NCBI GenBank assembly: GCA_041483895.1
Contig: JBGPGO010000004.1
Coordinates: 172,590-236,589 of the forward strand
Length of the DNA: 64,000 nt
Reading direction: 5' to 3'
From: Fimbriimonadia bacterium
GTDB taxonomy: Bacteria > Armatimonadota > Fimbriimonadia > Fimbriimonadales > JABRVX01
Shown here: positions 57,010 to 64,000 of the stretch, piece by piece
Layout: each line of letters opens with the position of its first letter
Position numbering within the stretch: position 1 is the first letter of the stretch
The notes under the pieces: model-generated
What the model was told of the DNA's origin: nothing
Database searches by the model: none
Seen by the model: the letters and a program-made list of their open reading frames with translations, nothing else
Made by a program: the position numbers and the translations under genes

Positions 57010-58200
57010 TTGACCGTTGATGAGCAATACGATTGGGTGAGCCGTGGCGCGCTGGAGATCATCTCTCCGGGCGAGCTGCGCGCAAAGCTGAAGAAGGGCA
57101 AGACTCTGCGCATCAAGCTCGGGGTGGACCCGACGGTCCCTCATGTGACGCTGGGTTGGGCGGTAGTTTTGCGTAAACTGCGGCACTTCCAACAGGCCGG
57201 ACACCACGCATGCCTGATCGTTGGAGACTTTACCGCGATGATCGGCGACCCGAGCGGCAAAAGCAAGACGCGGCCGATGCTAACGCGTGAAGAGGTGCAG
57301 GGACATGTGCGCGCGATCGAACCGCAACTATATAAGATTCTGGACCCCGAAATGACCACGCTGTACTATAACGCCGATTGGCTGGGGAAAATGGATTTTG
57401 CGGATGTGATTCGCTTGACTTCCAAGATGACAGTGGCGCGGATTTTGGAAAGGGATGATTTTGCGAATCGGCTTGCTGCCAATCAGCCGATTGGGATGCA
57501 TGAGATCATGTATCCACTTTGTCAGGGGCAGGATTCGGTGGAGATCGAGGCGGATGTGGAGCTGGGTGGCAGCGACCAGAAGTTTAACAATCTGGTTGGA
57601 AGGGATCTGCAACGCGCGATTGGACAAGAGCCGCAGGTTGTGCTGCTGATGCCGCTTCTTGTCGGTCTCGATGGCGTCGATAAAATGTCGCAATCATTAG
57701 GCAACTATGTTTCGATCACCGAAGAACCGTTTCAGATGTATGGAAAAGTGATGTCGGTGCCGGATCACCTACTCGAAAACTACTACACACTTTGCACGGA
57801 TGTTTCATTGGCCGAGGTTTCGAAACTGATAGGTGGTCATCCGATGGAGGCGAAGAAGAGGCTTGCTCGGGAGATTGTTACGATCTACCACTCATCGGCC
57901 GATGCCGGAGCGGCGGAAGAGAGATGGCTATCGCAATATAGCAAGAAGGAGCAGCCTGACGAGATTGTTGAGGCGACGATTCCGGACATCCTGGTCAAAG
58001 ACGGCAAGGTGCTGTTGGCTGCGTTGATCGCGGGGATCGGCCTGGCGTCTTCCAACGGCGAGGCGAGGCGACTAATGCGGCAGGGAGGCGTGAAGTTGGA
58101 TGCGAACAAGGTGGATGATCCGATGCTAGCATTGACGCCGGAAGAGCTGTCCGGCAAAGTTTTGAAGGTGGGCAAGCACCAATATCGGAGAATCACATGA
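57010..58200 (+). CDS. tyrS: Tyrosine--tRNA ligase
   Basis: KLGVDPT, IGDPSGKS, YPLCQGQDS, GGSDQKFN, KMSQSLGN, C-terminal S4 domain. Confidence 0.96.
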   Translation: MTVDEQYDWVSRGALEIISPGELRAKLKKGKTLRIKLGVDPTVPHVTLGWAVVLRKLRHFQQAGHHACLIVGDFTAMIGDPSGKSKTRPMLTREEVQGHVRAIEPQLYKILDPEMTTLYYNADWLGKMDFADVIRLTSKMTVARILERDDFANRLAANQPIGMHEIMYPLCQGQDSVEIEADVELGGSDQKFNNLVGRDLQRAIGQEPQVVLLMPLLVGLDGVDKMSQSLGNYVSITEEPFQMYGKVMSVPDHLLENYYTLCTDVSLAEVSKLIGGHPMEAKKRLAREIVTIYHSSADAGAAEERWLSQYSKKEQPDEIVEATIPDILVKDGKVLLAALIAGIGLASSNGEARRLMRQGGVKLDANKVDDPMLALTPEELSGKVLKVGKHQYRRIT

Positions 58201-59084
58201 CGCTAGCCATGGGCGGCAAAGAGATGGATTTGGGCGGGCGCTATTTGGGAGAGCTGCGCGAAGCGAACGCTCTGCTCGGCGACATGGATGCGTTGCGTGC
58301 ACGAATGGAGGAAGACGGATATTTGCTGCTGCGCCGGCTGCACGATCCCGTCAAAGTGGAGGCTACTCGGCGAGTGATACTTGAGAAGCTGCAGCAAAAC
58401 GGTCAACTGGATGCCAGCGCGCCAATGATGGATGGCATCATCGGCGAGGGCGCGACGGGGGCGTTTCTTGGTGGACAGAAAGAGCTGACACATGCACCGG
58501 AATTTCTGAACGTGGTAGAGGCCCCGGAACTGATGCAGTTTTTCGCCGAGTTTCTGGGCGGACCGTCGCTAACATATAGTTTCAAGTGGCTGCGGGTGAC
58601 AGGTACTGGCGGTTTCACCGGCGCTCACTATGATATTGTGTACATGGGACGTGGCACCAAAAAAGTGTTTACATGTTGGACGCCTCTCGGCGATACACCC
58701 TATCCGCTCGGACCTCTCGCCATCCTTGTAGGATCGCATCGTTTTGACAAGGTGAAGGAGACATATGGGGAGATGGATGTCGATCGCGATCATGTGACAG
58801 GATGGTTCAGCAATGACCCCAAGGAGATGGTAGATCGATTTGGCGGTCAGTGGCAGTCTTCAGAATTTCAAATGGGTGATGCCCTGATCTTCGGGATGTT
58901 CACCATGCATGGCGCGCTTGATAATAGTTCAAACCGGTATCGCCTCTCCTGTGACACGAGATATCAACGCGCCGATGAACCCGCGGACGAACGATGGGTG
59001 GGCGAAAATCCGCTCGGCCATTATGCATGGGAGAAAGGCGAAACCGTGCCGATGGAAGAGGCGCGGCGCCGGTGGGGCATTTAG
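58197..59084 (+). CDS. PhyH-family Fe/2OG dioxygenase
   Basis: EEDGYLLLR, HYD, WTPLGD, GSH, GDALIF..H, RLSCDTRY. Confidence 0.9.
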   Translation: MTLAMGGKEMDLGGRYLGELREANALLGDMDALRARMEEDGYLLLRRLHDPVKVEATRRVILEKLQQNGQLDASAPMMDGIIGEGATGAFLGGQKELTHAPEFLNVVEAPELMQFFAEFLGGPSLTYSFKWLRVTGTGGFTGAHYDIVYMGRGTKKVFTCWTPLGDTPYPLGPLAILVGSHRFDKVKETYGEMDVDRDHVTGWFSNDPKEMVDRFGGQWQSSEFQMGDALIFGMFTMHGALDNSSNRYRLSCDTRYQRADEPADERWVGENPLGHYAWEKGETVPMEEARRRWGI

Positions 59085-59125
59085 ATTTGGAGATTCCCTC
59101 CGCCGGTTGGGGGTCCGCATCCTAG

Positions 59126-60025
59126 CTAGAACAGTCGGCTCACCGAGAGAGAGAAGATGCCATGCTCCGTCTGATCGCCGTTTAGATTCTGGTACAGAGG
59201 ATGCTGGTAGCTGACGATCAGCCCGATATCGTTCGCCATCGGCCACCGCAAGTTGATCGCGCCGAACAGCACATGCCCGCCGCTGTTGTCGTCCTTGCTG
59301 TCATCTTCCTGGGTGTCTTTTGCGACCACCTTGCCATTGAGCTCGAACGCCAACGCCGCATCACGCCGAATGGGATGCGAGTATCCGAAGCCGTAGAAGA
59401 ATGCGTTGCCATAGTGGAAATGCCGATTGTTCGAACCATTAACGCGCACAGTAAAGCCAGAATACCAGAGGCCCTTGTGGCGAGACCCTTCCCATGTAAA
59501 TGAAGCGCCGCCGGACACGTCGGTGCTCCCCGTCCCGACCTGAAGATGCTGCTCTTTCAAATCGCCGTTCGCATCTCGCGAATTGTTCTTTCCAGTCGGA
59601 AGTTTGACATTGAGGTTTACTGCGGTAAGGAGATTGCCGTAGTATGACGGTTTGAGTTGGTAGATGGTGCCAACTATCATGTCCCCAAGGCCACGAGAAT
59701 GCTCGTCTTCCTCAACGCCGGTCGTGACAATCGTGTTATCAATATATGGCAGGTTTGCGCCAACAGTCCACTGATCCGTAATACCGTGAAAGACGCTGAG
59801 CACATATTCGCGATGGTGTTCCCGCTCTCGTTCGCCGGGAGTTTCCGCGGCATTCGATTTGTTAAATGATAGAAATTCAAAGCCGACAATCGTCTTGTGC
59901 CGTTCCAGAGTCTGCGCCCCAAGACCCTGCAACGCGGCCCCAAGCGCGTGCGCAAAGCAGACGGAACACGCATTCGCGGCCGACGTAATGGCGATAATCG
60001 CCAGAGCAAACCCATATCGCAACAT
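59126..60025 (-). CDS. Outer-membrane beta-barrel transporter (MetA-pathway-like) with N-terminal CxxC
   Basis: Signal peptide, ACSVC, GLGDM, KLPTG, LQVGTGSTD, terminal Phe. Confidence 0.75.
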   Translation of the reverse strand: MLRYGFALAIIAITSAANACSVCFAHALGAALQGLGAQTLERHKTIVGFEFLSFNKSNAAETPGEREREHHREYVLSVFHGITDQWTVGANLPYIDNTIVTTGVEEDEHSRGLGDMIVGTIYQLKPSYYGNLLTAVNLNVKLPTGKNNSRDANGDLKEQHLQVGTGSTDVSGGASFTWEGSRHKGLWYSGFTVRVNGSNNRHFHYGNAFFYGFGYSHPIRRDAALAFELNGKVVAKDTQEDDSKDDNSGGHVLFGAINLRWPMANDIGLIVSYQHPLYQNLNGDQTEHGIFSLSVSRLF

Positions 60026-60137
60026 AGATAAACCCCACTCGCACAAGCTGGCACCGACCATCCCAACGTACGGTCGATACCAATCTCTTATGCCAGGTGG
60101 AAACCTTACTGACCCCGGCATTTGGGCGAGGAATGTT

Positions 60138-60590
60138 CTATTGAACCGGGTTCGGTGGTATGTGGCCGGCGAGACGGGCGACGGCGTATGCGATGAGTGT
60201 GGCAATCACGAAGTCCTCGGTCAGAACGCTGCCTCTTGGAACGCCGTTACGGATCAGAACGATCGCATCGGCGATGATGACAAGCCAGAACGCCCACCGC
60301 CTGCTTTTCATGATTCCCCATGCCGCGATCACATTGGCCGCGACCTTTGCCGCCGTTTCGAGCATGAAGAGCCCGAGCATCTCGCTCACCTGATGTTTTT
60401 CGCTAACCGGCACGGAGTCCGGTCCCGAAGTCGGAACGATCTGGATAACCGCACCCACAAGACAAAGGAGACCAAGCCAGTACGTGAGAAATACGCCGGA
60501 TAGCGCCATCAGCCCGATGCCGACCGTCCGGTCGTAAGGGTGTTCCTCTCGATCGGGTGGATACGGATCCGGGACCTTGTAGACTGTCAC
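60138..60590 (-). CDS. Hypothetical membrane protein
   Basis: About four TMs; AAWGIMKSRRWAFW. Confidence 0.65.
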   Translation of the reverse strand: MTVYKVPDPYPPDREEHPYDRTVGIGLMALSGVFLTYWLGLLCLVGAVIQIVPTSGPDSVPVSEKHQVSEMLGLFMLETAAKVAANVIAAWGIMKSRRWAFWLVIIADAIVLIRNGVPRGSVLTEDFVIATLIAYAVARLAGHIPPNPVQ

Positions 60591-60646
60591 GGTGGAGAGT
60601 ATGGCCGATTAAGCATCTTGCGTGGGCAAGGGTACAATACCCGTAG

Positions 60647-61309
60647 ATGGCGATAACATGGGAATCGCTTTGGGCCGGACCGCCCCCCCTTGCGCCGAGT
60701 CAGGCCGACCGACGCAGAGCTGTCCTGCGAATAGGCCGAAACACCCTCCTGCTCGGCGGGCCGCATCTGATCTATCTTGTTGCCATCTATTGGCTTCGCC
60801 TGCCTTGGCAATCAATCATGTCTCAGGATGCTTGGCGGGTCGCATTCATAGCATATTACCTGTTGCTCGGCGGAGCATCGCTACTACTCATTCGCCCATT
60901 CGGGGATTGGAAAAGCCTCGGTTTTCGCCGGCCGATTTCGTGGAGCTCACTGTTTATTATCGTCGCGGTCACCCTCACCTTTCATGCGACAAAATGGAAC
61001 TTTCACTGGGATAGAATCACCCTCATGGTTAGTATGGAGGTAGTTTTGGCATCGCTTGCCTACACCGCGTTTTATCAAGCCTACCTTATTCCCGCGATTG
61101 AATCCGCCGGTTATTCCTGGGGCTGGGCAGTGTTCTGGTGCGCGATGATAAGCGCAACGATCCGCTACCCGATCAATGTGGGCGGATTCGAATACTATCT
61201 ATTCCATGGCCTTATCCTCGGCGTGGTCTTCGCAGCCCGGCGGAATATGATAGAGATCGCAGGCATGCGGATACTTGCAAGCCTGATTCTCGAATTGGGG
61301 AGGGTTTAG
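60647..61309 (+). CDS. Membrane protein resembling a degenerate CPBP/Abi family member
   Basis: WKSLGFR, FYQAYLIP, ILGVVFAARRNM, but the EExxFR and H motifs are absent. Confidence 0.5.
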   Translation: MAITWESLWAGPPPLAPSQADRRRAVLRIGRNTLLLGGPHLIYLVAIYWLRLPWQSIMSQDAWRVAFIAYYLLLGGASLLLIRPFGDWKSLGFRRPISWSSLFIIVAVTLTFHATKWNFHWDRITLMVSMEVVLASLAYTAFYQAYLIPAIESAGYSWGWAVFWCAMISATIRYPINVGGFEYYLFHGLILGVVFAARRNMIEIAGMRILASLILELGRV

Positions 61310-61582
61310 ATGACGAATCAGCGATTGGAGCAGGTCTCGAAGTGGGCACTCGCTTTGAGCTGCTTCGGGATTCTTTGGCGGATCTTTGCCCCGATCCCAG
61401 TCATGAACGCGATGTTTGAGTACTCATGGATCGGAAGATACTATCGGGATTTGACGGAGGGTCTCTCCCATATCCTAATCTTCGGTTGCGGAGCGGTGGC
61501 GTTCATTTCCCGCTCCATACTAGAAGACCGGCGGACGACCGCAGCAATCCGGAAGGCCGTCGAGGACCTATCGACCCAATGA
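61310..61582 (+). CDS. Small membrane protein
   Basis: Two TMs; GGAGG SD; abuts its neighbours. Confidence 0.55.
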   Translation: MTNQRLEQVSKWALALSCFGILWRIFAPIPVMNAMFEYSWIGRYYRDLTEGLSHILIFGCGAVAFISRSILEDRRTTAAIRKAVEDLSTQ

Positions 61583-62202
61583 TCAATATAAGCCGATCCG
61601 CGCTAGAAGATCTGCTGTCCCAAACGGAAGCGAATCTGCGGTTCATGCTCAAAATTGCAACGGTAGCCCTATTGCTTTTCGCGATCTGTTACTTATGGGA
61701 ACTGCGCGGATATGGATTCATGATGCCCGGGAATCGGGTTGCATTCGTGGTGGTTACCATAGGTGTATTGGCTCAGCTCGCCGGTGTGCTTTCCTTCGCG
61801 ACTCTCTTTCCGCTCATACGTCAATGCGGTCGGTTCCGGCGCATATTGACAGTAGCGCGGCTGTCCGCAAAGGACCAGGTCACGATATCACCGATCACCA
61901 ACTCCATTGCATCCGGGTTGCGCACATTAGCGATCGGCGCATTCGCAATTTGGACCTACGAAATCATATACGTCTATGCCTATCGATACTACTACGATGT
62001 GTATCATACGGACGGAATAACTTCATGGTACACCCTGGACTTCGTAATCAGAACCTATTTTCATACAGCGGCAATAGTCGCGGTCGCCTACGCAGCCTGG
62101 CTGTACTATGACGTTCAGATCCAAGCCGTCCGTGAACGAGCCCTGCTCACCGCCTGGCTCTACCCGCTTGACGATTCAGTCCGTGAACCCAGGACCGGCT
62201 AG
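61579..62202 (+). CDS. Hypothetical membrane protein
   Basis: Four TMs; ATGA overlap with the upstream gene. Confidence 0.6.
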   Translation: MINISRSALEDLLSQTEANLRFMLKIATVALLLFAICYLWELRGYGFMMPGNRVAFVVVTIGVLAQLAGVLSFATLFPLIRQCGRFRRILTVARLSAKDQVTISPITNSIASGLRTLAIGAFAIWTYEIIYVYAYRYYYDVYHTDGITSWYTLDFVIRTYFHTAAIVAVAYAAWLYYDVQIQAVRERALLTAWLYPLDDSVREPRTG

Positions 62203-62217
62203 ACACTACTAAAGAAC

Positions 62218-62625
62218 GTGAAGCGTTTTCGGAATGCAGCTCCTTTCCTATGGGCCGGGCTGATCTTTGGAACCTCCTGCTCCGTCATCCACAGAAAGGC
62301 CTTTGTCGGGGTCGTGGGAGGCGCGCTGAACGCCCCCCGCTTCGATGATTTTTGGGCGCATTGGTGGTGGCTTGCGGTCAAAGGTTGGCATTTTGCCGAG
62401 TTCGCGATCCTCTATCTGCTCATCCGCGCCGCCCTACTTCCTCACAACCGCCGGCTCGCCATCCCACTAGCCATTCTATTCGCGATGAGCGATGAGTGGC
62501 ATCAGACTTTCGTCCCCGGCCGCGGCGGCACCTGGACGGACGTAGCAATCGACGCAGCGGGCATCGTTGCCGCCGCGTCTATCGCCGGACTGTGCATCAG
62601 AACTAAGCGGAAAGGTCCTGATTAA
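62218..62625 (+). CDS. VanZ family protein
   Basis: KGWHFAEFAIL, FAMSDEWHQTFVPGRGG..DVAID. Confidence 0.9.
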   Translation: MKRFRNAAPFLWAGLIFGTSCSVIHRKAFVGVVGGALNAPRFDDFWAHWWWLAVKGWHFAEFAILYLLIRAALLPHNRRLAIPLAILFAMSDEWHQTFVPGRGGTWTDVAIDAAGIVAAASIAGLCIRTKRKGPD

Positions 62626-63128
62626 GGATCCGTAATGTCCATGTTCGTCACGGAAAACTGTACGCAAGCCGTACCGTCCTGCGACCAGTTGATCTGATGC
62701 GGCCAGGCTTCGTACAACAGGAACCGGCACGTTGGCTTGCCATTCGAACCGAGAATGTCGAGCGTCAGGTTGCGAGCAAATCCCGTTGCGCCGTTCTTGA
62801 TCGCCGTGAACCAGTTAAAAATCGGTTTGAGCGCTTTCCGATCACAGCAGATAGTCACGTCGCCGGCATTATAGTCGCCAGGCACCTTGTGATTCTCGCC
62901 ATTGCCGTCTCGAAACAGCTTCACGTCGATCGTCTGACCCGGACAGCTAACCATGCATGTAAGTGTCGGAAGATCGGGACCGCTCAGCCGCCCCGGCCGC
63001 GTCGCCGGCTGGACATACGGGGCGCTCGAGACTCGCAAATTGCCGATGGCGTCGACGGGGAACAACTGACCGAACGCCGCGAACGATGTGGACAGGATCA
63101 CCCCTGCCACGATGATAGGTCGAAACAT
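62622..63128 (-). CDS. Secreted protein with a T4 gp19-like tail-tube motif
   Basis: AAGGAGG SD; signal peptide; GDVTI..IFNWF..G..RNLTLDIL...G...RFLLYEAWP. Confidence 0.6.
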   Translation of the reverse strand: MFRPIIVAGVILSTSFAAFGQLFPVDAIGNLRVSSAPYVQPATRPGRLSGPDLPTLTCMVSCPGQTIDVKLFRDGNGENHKVPGDYNAGDVTICCDRKALKPIFNWFTAIKNGATGFARNLTLDILGSNGKPTCRFLLYEAWPHQINWSQDGTACVQFSVTNMDITDP

Positions 63129-63304
63129 AACAGATTGCCTCCTTCTTGTATTAGACAGTATACGGGAAGAATCCTGAAATCGCCTGCTCAGAACAATTCA
63201 TCGTGCATTATTCCGTGGGACGCAGTTATCCGGAAATTCCGGATAAGTGCAGCAGGTGCAAGCTCGCCTTCCGCGAAAACATTTTCAGTCTCTCTTCACA
63301 ATCC

Positions 63305-63559
63305 CTATTGTGAAGAGTGGCAGATTTGAACTATCCGGAATTTCCGGATAGTTGCCTCTGGTTTGAGTTCTCCTTCTTCGAACACGTTGCCGATGTGCTC
63401 ATTGACGGTTCGGACGTCCTTCTCGAACAGCTCGGCCATCTGCCGTTGGGTCAGCCAAACGGTCTCGTCCACAACCCGAACCTGGACGCGCGTCTGCCCA
63501 TCCTCCGTTTGGTAGAGAAGGAACTCGCCTCCGCCCGCCGGCACCGGCAGGTTGCTCAT
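63305..63559 (-). pseudogene. N-terminal fragment of a RhuM-family gene
   Basis: EFLLYQTEDG..ETVWLTQRQMAELFEKDVRTVNEHIGNVFEEGEL..TIRKFRIVQ, then a stop inside a palindromic repeat. Confidence 0.85.
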
Positions 63560-63721
63560 CGCTTGCCCCGTGGTTTCAGAGATCTCCGGCCACTGTCTGC
63601 CATGCTCCATTCATTCACCACGGCATGGCCACCTTCCTGTGCAGAGGCCGGGTTTGCAATGGTCCCAAGTTCCCTCCCCCATTTTCGCATAAGAACCGTA
63701 AGCAAAGTGTGGGAGTATCGC

Positions 63722-63822
63722 TGTCATTCCGAGCTTGCGAGCAATCCCTTTCTGCCCCCTCAGTCTCAGGTGCTGTTCAGGCAATAGGTTGTCATTCCGA
63801 GCTTGCGAGGAATCCCTTTCTG
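63722..63822. repeat. Two direct copies of TGTCATTCCGAGCTTGCGAG(C/G)AATCCCTTTCTG
   Basis: Copies at 63722-63754 and 63790-63822; same family as 56865. Confidence 0.85.
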
Positions 63823-63869
63823 GACTTTCTGTCGTCTAGTAGCGTTGGCGGATAGCGATAGGTTCTGAA

Positions 63870-64000
63870 AGATGCTGTCTTGTCAAGTGGCGAGTGGATC
63901 GTAGAACGGCTTGCGGTTTTTGAGCACGCTGTAGAGGATCAGCAGCAGCTTGCGCATCGCCGCGATCAGGGCTTGTTTCTTCGGCATGCCGCGTTCGACC
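63870..64000 (-). mobile_element. IS110-family element: recombinase C-terminus and right end
   Basis: Manual translation VERGMPKKQALIAAMRKLLLILYSVLKNRKPFYDPLAT* (stop 63883-63885); the end reads TTGACA-AG-ACAGCATCT. Confidence 0.8.

Overview
GC-rich bacterial chromosomal segment, probably from an Armatimonadota-like lineage (inferred from the PEP-CTERM protein, the dockerin-like C-terminal modules and the general gene content). It is a mosaic. Housekeeping genes include prfB (programmed +1 frameshift), panC, radC, rplJ-rplL with an L10 leader, msrA, class I aldolase, folB, uvrC, atpA-atpG, a yitJ-like Met synthesis gene, tyrS, tRNA-Leu(GAG) and tRNA-Ser(GGA). Small accessory inserts lie between them: five toxin-antitoxin pairs, a Fic protein, an orphan N6-adenine methyltransferase, a REase/TPR/membrane trio, interrupted or remnant dinD, GNAT, yjbQ, rhuM and folB sequences, and the right end of an IS110 element. 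Several short palindromic REP/REPIN-like families are scattered throughout. The most unusual items are: (1) an MshEN-pseudokinase gene followed by a FlhG/MinD-like gene with a degenerate Walker A; (2) a ~170-bp palindromic element inserted in-frame in the methyltransferase; (3) an orphan gp19-like tail-tube protein with a signal peptide; (4) a three-member Zn-ribbon/TM/HEAT family with repeated C-terminal LLR motifs; (5) an IS110 end resembling the IS621 donor site; (6) a TA module flanked by a duplicated folB 3' end. All family assignments come from reading motifs by eye; no database searches were run.
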